Source of the DNA: Spirogloea muscicola
Lineage: Eukaryota
Direction: 5' to 3'
Length of the DNA: 57,879 nucleotides
Assembly: GCA_009602725.1 (NCBI GenBank)
Contig: WELB01000031.1
Coordinates: 852,007 to 909,885, forward strand
The translations under genes were made by a program, and so were the position numbers. The notes beneath the pieces are model-generated. The model did not search any database. It worked only from the letters and a program-made list of their open reading frames with translations, and was not told the origin of the DNA. Shown here piece by piece: positions 24,887-36,297 of the stretch (its first letter is position 1; every line of letters begins with the position of its first letter).

Positions 24887-25878
24887 TGTAATCCTGTCCC
24901 TAATCACACAGTCAGGGTCAGAATGTCCTGTTTGAATTCAAGCATAGGGTGTTTAGGAGACAACCCTCATACAGGAGAACGCCAACACAACTTACGCGCA
25001 CAGAGCGCAGCGAAAGTCTTACCCTGAGGCACCGCCCTAGGACGGTGACTCTACCCATAGACTTACACAGAGCGGGCGGGGTCCGCAGCGACGACCAGCG
25101 GCGACGGGCTGGGCAGAAGACGGCAGCAGCCGAATTGTAGCATCCCTGTCCAATCAGCCGGCGGGGCCCGCAGCGACGAGCTGCGGCGACGGGCTAGGCA
25201 GTAGGCGGCCGCAGCAGAGCTATGGTGGCGGCGGCGGCAGCAGGCAGCGGCGGGGCTGGCTAGGCAGCAGCAGGGCTGTGTCTCTCTCAGCGTTGGTCGG
25301 ACTCCAGAGGCCGGCCACGGCCCACTACTTATAGCGATTTCCCTGCCACCCTCCCCCGAGGGTGTGACGAGGGTCGCCCCCAAGGCCCTCCCCCGGAGGG
25401 GCGGGCCGGACGAAGGGAACACGGAGAGCGGCGCTTTGGGCGGCTCCAAGGAGGCACGAAGCGGCGCCTTGGGCGGCTGCAAGAAGACGCGAAGCAGCGC
25501 GCGAACGCGGCGCCATTGGACGACGCCAGAGGGGCGCCTTGGCAGAGCCAATGAGGTACGACGGGGTGCCTTGTGCGGCATCAAGGAGGCGCGACGGGGT
25601 GCCTCAGGCGACGCGATGCGGCGCCTCGGGCGGCTCCGAGGAGGAGCGAAGCGACGCGTCGGGCGGCGCGTCGCGCGTCCTCGGGTTGGAGCACGTGCGG
25701 CACAGAACCGGGGCATCGGGCTGCGGCGCCAGAGGCAGAGCACGTGCGGTACGGGGCCTCGGGCCGCGGCGCCGAGGGCAGAGCCGGTATCGATTGGGGC
25801 GTCCAAACGCGGCAGGTACAATACAATCATGTAAGATAACCGGCACCGTTGGCACTCTCAAACGGAGGGAACATTACA
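24887..25878 (-). mobile_element. Family B solo LTR
   Basis: TGTAATC...ATTACA termini; perfect TSD GGCAC (24882-24886 and 25879-25883). Confidence 0.9.
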
Positions 25879-25883
25879 GGCAC

Positions 25884-27990
25884 CCACCTCCAAGGACACA
25901 TTCTTGCGACGTAAATCAGCATACTGCTTTCCCGGTTGTGAGCAATTGCTCAGCCCTCCGCTGAGCCTTTAGGAGGTCACCGGTAAAGCTTACTGCGGCC
26001 GGAACGCGCTCTGGCCTCTCCACCTGCAAAGGTGATCGGGGATGCTGACATTCAGGAAGAAGGGTGTGCTTTTGGGAGTTATGAAAGACGTTGTCCACAG
26101 CATACTCGCTGGAGCAAGGTACTCGTCCCCGTCAAATTCACTGAGGTTGACAAAATGCATTAGCATGTATGCCAAATCCCGCTTCAACCTCACAGTCTGA
26201 CCGTCTGATAGTGGGAGGACAGGCTGTGGACATGGATTGCTTGTGCCAATAAGCCTCCACGCTTTTTTCCAGAAGTGACCCGTGGAGCGAGCATTGCGGT
26301 CAGACGATTTGCTCGAGTATTCCTTGCAGTCTCCATACTCGGTCCACAGACATGCCAGCAACTTGGCAGGCTCGGGAGAGCGTGCCGTACTACGCTGGCA
26401 GGTGGCGCAAGTCCTCACAAAGACTCTACTGGACTTACAAGCCCGGCCACCAGGGAAGAAGTTTTATAGCTTTTCTTGTCTTTCCAATACTTCAAGTGAC
26501 CATTGTACTGAGGCTCACGCGTCTCTTGCATGCATCTAGTGCGCAAGGCATTGCGGTTGGCCACCACAATGGCGTCACCTCGCCACCAGAAGCCTTGGTT
26601 ACATACTACAGTGCGTGGTTGGTTGCTCGTGCAAACCAAGGGTCTGTGCCATACCCATCACGAAGACGCACATACAGTTCAGAGAGGTTGGTGGTGCACT
26701 GCCGAGCGGCCCCACGGGCAGGCCGCACGTCTGCGGTCTGAGCCCTTGTGGCACACAAGACAGGCGCCACAGTAGCCCCTACAATTTTGCAGCCACCAGG
26801 TTCGCATAATTGTTACGTCCAGGGTGGTACCCTTCCCTGTTGTGTGCGATAATCGGTCGACTGGCTACGGTTACAACCGTAATTTCAGCACCCCTGAGAT
26901 ATCATCGCCACACACGAAGGGCGTGCACTACAGCAAGGAGCTCTTGCTCCCCCCGTACTTGAGAGCGCCCGGCAGGACCGAGCAGGCGAGTCTCAAACGC
27001 TATGGGGTGACCCTCCTGCAAGAGAACGGCAAATGACGATCAAAGAGGCGTCACACAACACATGACTAGCCCCTTCTCGAGGCAAGGCCCAAAACAGGTG
27101 GGGATACTAGAACCCGTATGGAATTTCCTTAAATGCCCGCGGACATTTGGACGTTCACCCCAGGGTACGTCCTTACGAGTAAGCTTCGTAAGAGGAGATG
27201 TCATACTTCGTGTCCTCGCAGGAATCCCGACAGGAACGGGGATACTGTGCGAAACCTCGAAGGAAACGCAACTGCGGTACACTCCATGGCACTTAAGCCA
27301 GTCCTTCACGTCAATCTCTGCAGATAGATGCAGCATAATTGACTATTACTTTTGGGGTCGACGCGAACCCTGTCTTTGCCCTCAATACGGCCCTACTACT
27401 GGCGACATACTTGGCATACAAGTGATTCTCACGTCGCAAAGGCAGCACTAGCTGCAGGTGCAGTATGTGATCCTCGGGTGTCATACGAAAACCGTTATGT
27501 CATCCCAGTATACCAGCACAGAGTCATACTATGGAACCAAGGACTCCCCTTGTCACAGCCTGACACGGAACTGGAAGCGTCCTAGCGGCGCACAACAAGC
27601 CAGTTCGGAAATTTCCCATCCGTGATACAAAGGTGGTGATAAGCTCTCACAAATCGCGGAAGCAAAGCACGCTTGCTTCTCTATGACGATCACACAGATC
27701 ATCAATGCCAGGCAAAGGGCATTGGCTCTTGACAGTGGGCTTGTTTAGAGCTCGATGATGGATGCACATCCAATGACTACCTCCGTGCTTCACAAGGAAG
27801 CGGATAGGTGCACCATACCGCGACTGAAGGGGCTCACTATGCCCGTATTCAAGCAAGTACGCCGCTTGGGATTGCCTCTCTCAACACCCGAGTGTACTCA
27901 GTCCACACAGAGGGCAGTACGGCGGCAAAGCGCCGGACGTCATTGAGCCACTTCGGATGAGGGGGCACGCGTCCAGAGGAGTTCGGAAAA
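25884..27990 (-). pseudogene. Degenerate Gypsy pol (RT, RNase H and integrase fragments)
   Basis: YGAPIRFLVKHGGSHWMCIHHRALNKPTVKSQCPLPGIDDL at ~27650-27850; PLTKLTRKDVPW at ~27160-27200; integrase RTCATCQR and TPFFLN at 25900-26830. Confidence 0.8.
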
Positions 27991-28125
27991 TTTAATCAAC
28001 TGCTTCGGTGACTGATTGTCAAGAGCCAGGAGTCAATCCAAGAGCCAGGAGTCAATCACACGTACTATAGAGTTAGGAGGAGACTCATTACCCAATCATC
28101 GGATTCAGATACACAGCCTGGAGCG

Positions 28126-28780
28126 AATGCTGTGGTTCGCCAAGCCCGGGCTGCCTGCAGCGCAAGGAAAAGCAGGGAGGCATTGGGATGGGGCTGCAAC
28201 AGTAAAAATGAGCAACGGTTACTGAAGGGGCAAGGGCCCAGAGGTCCGAGGTTGGGTGGAGAACTCACCCCCTCTCCCATCTCGGGTGCCCTCTATATAG
28301 CCCGACGGACTGCGAGCCCGGCCATTCAGGGCCGGGTGGAATATTTGGCACCGAGTCTCTGCTTAACGACCCGTCCACGACCTGTCGACGGCTATCACCG
28401 GGCTACCACCGACAATCTACCCATCCATCGGCCACCAACATACTGAATCCCCCGTCACTCGCAGCTGACGGTCACTACCCCCAGGCTATCGTGAGCCGTC
28501 TATCGTTCCCGTCAAAACCAACGGCTATTAACGCCGTCAAGGCAGTCTACAGCGCTGCTGCCTCCCGTCGCCGTTCCAGCGCCAGCACCATGCTGTCTCG
28601 CGCGTCGCGACTCCGGATTGCGCCGCTCTCAGCTCTAGGTCAAATCCACGCTGCCCAGCCTGGTGAGAATGTCCGTCTCCATGCATCTGTCAAGCCCTTC
28701 CTGCGGCATTGGCAGTCAATTTATGTATCAGCCGGATGAGGTGTCTAGTCTCCGGGCATCTGAAAATACATTATTGCTAT
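28126..28780 (+). mobile_element. Family C LTR copy
   Basis: Colinear with 20776-21430 (GCTGTGG.TCGCCAAGCCCGGG...ATCAGCCGGATGAGGTGTCTAGTCTCC). Confidence 0.75.
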
Positions 28781-29084
28781 CACTACTGTGTGATGCCTCA
28801 GCATGGGTGGCGCCTGCTTTGGTACTCACCTTGCCATATATTGTGCTGGCGGCTGGTGCGCCCTCACCCTGGTTTGTGCGTTGGCACACTGGACGCACTA
28901 CGGTGCTTGGCACTGCAGTGAGATGAGGACTTTGGCTGGCCGCCATTGAAATGTTCCAAGATTTGTGAGCGCCAAACAGTGCTGTTAATGCTTACATGGT
29001 GGTCTTTGGGCCATTCGTGCCGGACAGTACGGACCACCCTGGCACTCGTGCCGTTGTCGTTCAGTCCCGGCTCGTCCGGGTGGC

Positions 29085-29859
29085 TGTCGTGCCATATCCC
29101 GTCGACGGCCTACTTGAGTTAATTGACTAGGACAGGTGACTTGGCTTGACAGGTGGCTTCCACGTGGCTTCCTCCCTTTCTTCCTAGGCTGGGTTATACA
29201 CTTTGGTTTGTGATGTGAGCTAAGGATGAAGGACTACTTCTCCCTCTCAGTGGCTTCCTAGGCTGGGTTATACACGTTGTGTGTGATTCAAGCTAAGGAT
29301 GGAGGACCACTTCTCTCCCTCTCTCTCTCTGGCTTCCTAGGCTGGAACATCCACTTTGGATGTGATTCAAGCTAAGGATGGAGGATCATTCCTCGTTCAT
29401 CTTTTGCTCTTTCATCTTTGGCATCTTTTCATATTTGAATATTGTGCGTTCTTTTTGGGCTGGCATTGCCAGCCGCTCTTCTCTAATGGCGAGCACTTTC
29501 TTTCCTCCTCTCTCTTTCTGCCTATTTGCAGCGTGCTCAGGCTAGGCTCAGGCCTTGCACCAGAAAGCTGGGCGAGCTCTAGTAGGTGGCAGAAGGGCTC
29601 CGTTCCTGGCATCTAGTATTCATGCATCGAGTGGTGACCTTCATGTTTTGACCCGTGGTTATTGAGCGGGTCAATCTGCTGTAGGTATGTAGATCTTTAG
29701 ATGTGCTTGCCTTTGTACCTGGCCATTTGGCCTACATTTCTTTCGAATACAACTCGTTTCTCCTCTCTCTTCCTCTCAACAACCGCTCATCAAATGCGGA
29801 CCACAACAACAACGACCGCTCCTCGAATGCGGACTACATCAACAACGAGCGACTACAAG
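29085..29859 (+). repeat. Repeat D, left half, with three hairpin units and a CRE 3'-tail remnant at ~29440-29510
   Basis: TGTCGTGCCATA start and GACTACAAG end match 2881-3247; cut by a B LTR at 29860. Confidence 0.7.
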
Positions 29860-30185
29860 TGTGACGTTCCCTCCGTTTGAAATGCTAACGGTGCTGATAA
29901 GCTTACATAATCGTATCGTATCTACCGTTTGTAAGTCCCAAATGGTACGAGTAGCTTTGCTCCACTGTATGAGTAGCTAAGTACGGTCCGAGTACGGCCC
30001 CCGGCTTCGTACCGCACGTGCACCCATGTGCACCGCCAGGAGGTGCCGCTTCGCGTCTCTTTTGTGCAACACTTCGCGGCCCCTTTTGTGCAAGGCTTCG
30101 TGTCCCCTTTGTGCGACGCTTCGCGTCCCCGTTTGTACGACGCTTCGCGTCCCCTTGTGTGCGACGCTTCGCGTCGCCCTTATGC
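29860..30185 (+). mobile_element. 5' (U3) part of a family B LTR with ~23-24-bp tandem repeats
   Basis: TGTGACGTTCCCTCCGTTTGA start as at 6878; GCGACGCTTCGCGTCCCC-type array at ~30047-30180. Confidence 0.7.
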
Positions 30186-30332
30186 CGCCCCATCGGATCG
30201 CATTCGGACGTCCACACCCTGCTGGCGTCCTTACCAGTTGAATGCGGAAGAGGGAATGCCATACTTCCGTATCCTTGTAGGAGTTTACTGAAGTACTTTG
30301 CGAATCAGTCTGCCATTCAGGAACTAGCACAG

Positions 30333-30855
30333 TGTAACGTACCTGTCCCTAATCACACAGTAGGGTGTAACGTCCCCGCCGTTATGGGACGCTGAAGTTA
30401 AGCGCTAACGTGTAATCACTGACGTCGCACGCGTCAGGCACGTGCGCGTCAGTGTTACACGTTAGCGCGTAACTCGGAGTTGAGCGTCCCGTAACGGCGG
30501 GGATGTTACATGAAGTCAGAACGTCCTGTTTAGATTTCGGACATAGGGTGTTCTGAAGACAGCCCTCTTACAGAACAGAGTGGACCGCCAGCGCACGCAG
30601 CACACACGTACGCGCACACAGCAAAGCGGAAGTCTGACCCTGAGGCACCGCCGGAAGGCGGCGATTCGACCGAGGGTCAGCAGCTGTTCCCACACTAGGC
30701 GCAGCCATAGTACTTACAGAGATCCGGCGGGCTTCGCAGCGATGAGCTGCGGCGACGGGCTGGGCAGCAGGCGGCAGCAGCAGAGCTGTGGCGGCGGCTG
30801 CGACAGCAGGCAGCAGCGGGGCTGTGCCTCTTTTGGCGTCACCGATCCGACTCAG
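30333..30855 (-). mobile_element. Partial family B LTR carrying a palindromic insert
   Basis: TGTAACGTACCTGTCCCTAATCACACAG terminus; B sequence resumes after 30510. Confidence 0.75.
30366..30510. mobile_element. 145-bp foldback mini-element with LTR-derived inverted termini
   Basis: TGTAACGTCCCCGCCGTTATGGGACGCT...AGCGTCCCGTAACGGCGGGGATGTTACA. Both arms match the F LTR end at 5130-5227. Confidence 0.8.
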
Positions 30856-30856
30856 G

Positions 30857-31639
30857 ACTGAGGTGGAAGAGATCTTGTCTCACAGGGATAAGCCTCGAGA
30901 ACGTAAGACCCGTGAGTATCTGGTGATGTGGATCGGGTATGGGCCTGAGCACAAAACGTAGGAGCCTGCGGCCAATTTGGCATATTGTCCAGATGCTCGC
31001 AGGGAATACCTGGCCAAGCGTGGTGATTCTCGTAGGCTTGGTAGAGGCAGCAGCCGTTGGGCATCTTTTTTCCTGTCGGCTGTACTCTCGTTGTTCCCGA
31101 GGACGTGAACACCAGAGCGGGGAGGTATGTAATGAACCGGCCGTTTGATTAAGCCACACGGCTTTGTTGTTATTACATGACATGACTATTTGGGCCAAGT
31201 GGCCTCGCCAGGTGGCGGGCTGGCTAGGCGGGCCGCGCCTGTCCAGAAATACCCCTTGCTAGCATTCAACCTTTTAAGGGAGGACCTTTGGCCTGCCGCG
31301 AGGGCCATGGGGCGACCCGCTCACACCCCTGGAGGGGGGTGGCACGGCGAAACACGAGGGCCTTGGGGGCTGAGGCTCGAGAGGAGTTCAAACCCGGGAA
31401 GCCCAGGAGCAGCCTTGCCGCTGCTCGCCGCCGCAGCCGCTGCCGCACTCTGCTGCGGGGCCTGCTGCGCCGGCCTGCGCCCAGGAGGTAGAGTCGCCGC
31501 CGGACGGCGGCGCCACAGGGCCTGTCTTCCGCTGCGCCGATGCGTTTCCTTTGTAGTGGGTTGGTCCCTAAACCCGCTACAGCCGAATCTAATAAGGACT
31601 CCTCTCCCTAGCTGCTTGTGTGGGGCGAGGTTCACTACA
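30857..31639 (+). mobile_element. 3' end of a family A element: chromodomain, polypurine tract (PPT) and 3' LTR
   Basis: EVEEILSHRDKPRERKTREYLVMWIGYGPEH; PPT GAGCGGGGAGGTA; LTR at 31128-31639. Confidence 0.85.
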
Positions 31640-32330
31640 TAGCCCGTGACTTCATAATCAATAGCTATGGAGACCATAGACTTGCACTGGAAATAGATGA
31701 CACCGAGGTGCGACTGACCAGGGTCACATAGACCAGGATGACCGTAGTGTTCGGTCCCCAACAGGCAGGACAGAGCCGGATGCTACATATTGGGATTCAG
31801 TGCTTGGGAATTGAGGGACAACCACCCGCCACGAGGAAGCACTCCGACACAGCAGAAGACACTTGCCCGGTGGTACTGCCGCCAGGCAGCACTTCCACCT
31901 CCTGGGCACGCGCTGCAGACTTGCCCCTCGCGGAACGCCGCCAAGGTCTCCACAGCAGAGCCGGCAACGAGCTGCGCGCGGCAGCTGTTTACAGCAGCAG
32001 GCAGCAGCAGGCCTGCGCCTCTCTCAGAGCTTCAATGAATCCCAGGCCTCCGGTCGGGTGTCTCTTTGTTCCCTACTCCGGTGCTTCTCCGTGCCACCCT
32101 CCTCCAGGGTGCATGGAATCGCCCCAGGCTCGCCCGCGAGGAGCGGAGGGCGAGGGAGCCATGAGCTGTCTCCAGCAGGCGCCAAGGTGCCGAGCATGGC
32201 CGCGGCAGAGGATGCCGCCAGGCATGGCCGAGGCTGGGTAGGCCCGAGCATGGCCGCAGCCGAACACGCCGCCGGGGGCGTTCGGGCCCACGCATGTCGC
32301 CGAGCATGTATACGCCAAGCACGACGGAAG

Positions 32331-33340
32331 TGTGACATCTCTGCATCTATCACACAATTAGAGTCAGGGTGTCCTGGTTTGGATTCGAACATAGGGTGTT
32401 TTGGAGACAACCCTCATACAGGAGAACGCCAACGCACATCCGGGCACAGAGCGCAGCGGAAGACTTACCCCGAGGCACCGCCCTAGGGCGGTGACCCTAC
32501 CAATAGACTTACGGAGAGCCGGCAGGACCCGCAGCGATGAGCTGCGACGACGGGCTGGCAGCAAGCGGCAGCAGCAGAGCTGTGGCGGCGGCGGCAGCAG
32601 CAGGCAGCAGCGGGGCTGGCTAGGCAGCAGAGGGGCTGGTTAGGCAGCAGCTGTGTCTCTCTCGGGCGTTGGTCCAACTCCGGAGTCTGGCCAAGGCCTA
32701 CTACTGATACCGGTTCTCCTGCCACCCCTCCCCTGAGGGTGTGACGAGGGTCGCCCCAAGGGCCCTCCCTCGGAGGGGCGGGCCTGACAAGGGGACACGA
32801 AGACTACAAGAGGCTGGCACACAGGGCCAGAGGCCTGTAGCACGAGTCCAAAGGACTAGCGCCAAGAGGCCGGGGCGCGAGTCCAAGGGACTGGCGCGCT
32901 GCACAGTGACTAGCGCCAAGGTGGTGGCGCGCCAGGCCAATAGCCTGGCTCACGGGGCCAGGGGACTGAGGCCATGAGGACACAGGACCGAGGCCATGCG
33001 GCCATGAGGCCAAGAGATCTGGCCAATCCGGCCAGCCCGCAGGGTACTGCTGAGGGAGAGCTGGCCCACCTGGCCAGCTCGCAGGGCGCTGGCCTGAGGG
33101 AAAGCTGGCCCACCCGGCCAGCCAGCAAGGCGCTGGCCTGAGGGAGAGCTGACCCACCCGGCCAGCTCGTAGGGCGTGAGCCCGAGGCGTGCGAATGGGG
33201 TGCGGACCCTCGAACCGTATTTAGCTACACGGAGTGCAGCCAAGTTACCCGCACCCTTTGGGACTCCAGACGGTAGAAACGCTACGCTCTTGTAAGGTTA
33301 TCGCGCACCGTTAGCACACTCAAACGGAGGAAACGTTACA
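32331..33340 (-). mobile_element. Family B solo LTR
   Basis: TGTGAC...GTTACA termini; perfect TSD GGAAG (32326-32330 and 33341-33345). Confidence 0.9.
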
Positions 33341-33354
33341 GGAAGCATGCGAAG

Positions 33355-34285
33355 CCATGTCATGCGCAAGGGCGTCGACTGCGTGATGGCGTCGATTAGT
33401 CTAGATAACGACAAAACGTGCTGGATCAAACAAAAAACGAATCCAATGGATTTGTCGATCCCGTTTGCTAGGCTTGAAAGAAAACAGTCAATGAGAGGCC
33501 AAGATTGAGACTTGTTAATAGTCTAACAACATGGTGAGAATAAAAAGACCGTCCAAATGAGAATCTGTAGCTTCTACTATGAAAGATGATGGACTGTCTA
33601 CTGAGTAGAGAGCATACTGAGTAGAGAGCATACTAACAAGCACATATGCAGGCCCTTGTCCAAAAGATGACTTGTGCAACGTCAGTGGATGCCAACCATG
33701 ATGATGCTTCTAGGCCTCAATGCACAGCATCAACTGATGCAATCTGAGAACTGGTGCTCAGTCTGGTGTGTAGCTTGCGATATGCAGCACGATACTCAAG
33801 GCTGTTCACCACAGGTTCACCACGACTTCTCGCAGTCGCGCAGTGGGTCCTTGCGAAGGCTTACTAGCTGCTGCGGCTCCTGCCCTAGGCTCCACGCTTC
33901 TGTGGCGCGGCGTTGGCACAGGCGTAACTTGCGGCAAGAAGGTCAAACTTGCAAAGCGGACTGCTTTGCAAGAGCCGCTCGCCCCGACTTGCGCCGGGCG
34001 CGGCGAAGATCCTAGCACTGCCTGATTGGCCAGGCTCGGCCGTTGGCTACGCTGGCTGGCTAAGCGGGATGGCAGGCTGTCGTGGGCCGTCCCACGTCGC
34101 AGTGGCCGACTCGACCATAAGATGGTCATCTTCAGCCGTCCTTTCCACGATCGCCCCGCCACCGCTTCTGTAACTTCCACCTTGACGGTCTTGCGAGTGA
34201 TTGAGGTACCTTCAGAAAGGCTTTCCTCGTTGCGCTTTGAATGGTCATCTAAAGGTCGGCGTCGCGCGTGGGCTTTGGCCCTTGT
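33355..34285 (-). repeat. Repeat D, right half, inverted relative to the left half
   Basis: The minus strand reads ACAAGGGCCAAAGCCCACGCGCGACG, matching 3243 onward. The ORF TRKTVKVEVTEAVAGRSWKGRLKMTIL parallels TNKIVKVGATEAVAERSWNGRLKITIL. Confidence 0.7.
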
Positions 34286-36297
34286 TGTGACATCTCTGCA
34301 TCTAATCACACAGTGAGGGTCATGTCCTGGTTTGAATTCGAGCATAGGGTGTTTTGGAGACAACCCTCATACAGGAGAACGCCAACGCACATACGCGCAC
34401 AGAGCGCAGCGGAAGTCTCACCCTGAGGCAGCGCCATAGGGCGGTGACTCTCCCATAGACTAATGGAGAGCCGGCGGGGTCCGCACTGACGAGCTGCAGC
34501 GACGGGCTGGCAGCAGGCGGCAGCAGCAGAGCTGTGGCGGCGGCGGCGGCAGCAGGCAGCAGCAGGGCTGTGTCTCTGTCGGGCGTTGGTCGGACTGAGG
34601 GGTCCGGCCGCGGCCCACTGGTTATTGTGCTTCCCCTGCCACTCTCCCCCGTGGGTGTGACGAAGATTGTCCCCAGAGCCCTCCCCAGGAGGAACGGGCA
34701 GGACAAAGGGGACACGAAGGGCGGCGCCTTGGGCGGCTCCAAGGAGGCGCGAAGCGGCGCCTTGGGCGGCTCCAAGGAGACGCGAAGCGACGCGCGACGC
34801 GACGCCATTGGACGGAACGAAGGGGCACTTTGGCAAAACCAATGAGATACAACGGGGTGCCTTGTGCGGCATCAAGGAGACGCGACGCGGCGCCTCAGGC
34901 GGCACGACGCGGCCTCGGACGGGGCCAAGAGGGCGCGAAGCAGCGCTTCCTGGGCGGTGCACGTGCAGTACAGAAGCCGAAGCTTCGGACCGTACTTAGC
35001 GACATACAGTGGAGCAAAGCTACCAATACCATTTGGGACGTCCAAACGGTAGATACGTTACGCTCATGTAAGGTTACCGGCCCTGTTGGCATTCTCAGAC
35101 GGGGGGAACGTTACATACCTCCCCACTTAGTGTTTACGTCCACGGGAGATTGAAACGAACACTTCAGGTGCTCAACCCCAGGGGGACGTTACAGCTACAC
35201 ACCGGGCACAGGTGGTTACGCAGGCGAAATATTGAGCACGCAATGAAGATTGCCGCCGGCAAGAAGAGCCACTCAGCATCTTGAAGACCCGGTGCGCGGA
35301 TGTCGAAGGCGAAAGGGTCGCACACTTGCCAATTTGCCGATGACGGCTCCATATACACACTGGAGGATTTCCACGCTTACAGAGAAAATTAGGCCAGCAT
35401 TCGGGAGGATCCTTGCACTGTCAGCAGTAAAACACAACCTTTCACGTGACTGGCTAAATGCAAGAACTCTTCTGATACCAATGTAACGTCCCCGTTCCAT
35501 ATCACACGTTGAACGTCCTGTTTGGGTTTCGGACATAGGGTGTTTTGGAGACAACCCCCTTACAGAGTGGAATGCCAGCGCACACAGCGCACACCTACGC
35601 GCACACAGTGCAGCGGGTGTCTTACCCTTAGGCACCGCCGGAAGGCGGCGACTCGACCGAGGATCAGCAGCTGTCCCCGCAAGGGGCGCGGCTATGGTAC
35701 TTACAGAGAGCCTGCGAGGCCCGCAGCGATGACCTGCGGCGACGAGCTGGGGGAGCAGGCGGCAGCAGCAGAACTGTGGCGGAGACTCCAGCAGCAGGTA
35801 GCAGCAGCAGAGCTGTGGCGGCGGCTGCGATGGCAGGCAGCAGCAGGGCTGTGCCTCTCTTGGCGTCACGGGTCCGACTGAGAAGTCGGGCCTTTGCCTC
35901 CTACTGATAAGCGTTCCATCATCCCTTCCCCCGAGGGTGTGACGAGGGTTGCTCCCAAGGTCCTCCCCCGGAGGGGCGGGCCTGACCATTGGGGACACGA
36001 AGCGCCGCCCTTCGGGCGGTGTAAGGAGACACGAAGCGGCGCCCATTGGGCGGCACCAAGGAGACGCGACGCGGCGCCTTGGGCAGCGCGACGTGGCGCC
36101 TCGGGCGGCTCCAAGGAGGCGCGAAGCGGCGCCCCTGGACGGAGCACGTGCAGTATGAAGCCCGGGGCCTCGGACCGTGCTTAGCTACAAATAGTGGAGC
36201 CAAGCTAACGGTACCGTTCGGGACTTCCAAACGGTAGATACGAGACGATCATGTAACTTACCGGCACCGTTGGCACTCTCAACCGGAGGGAAGGTCA
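34286..36297 (-). mobile_element. Two family B LTRs with PBS, a ~366-bp non-coding interior and PPT (TRIM-like or chimeric)
   Basis: 5' LTR 35482-~36297; PBS 35470-35480; PPT AGTGGGGAGGTA 35116-35127; 3' LTR 34286-35115. Repeated at 38390-40401 in the duplicated block. Confidence 0.75.

Noticed and set aside
25063..25964. Long Arg/Ala/Pro-rich ORFs inside LTRs (also 35273-36046 and 7035-7757)
   Set aside because: GC-rich repeats lack stop codons in several frames at once, and no protein motifs are present.
29180..29390. CRISPR-like array of palindromic repeats
   Set aside because: Units are ~70 bp with no unique spacers, there are no cas genes, and the context is eukaryotic.
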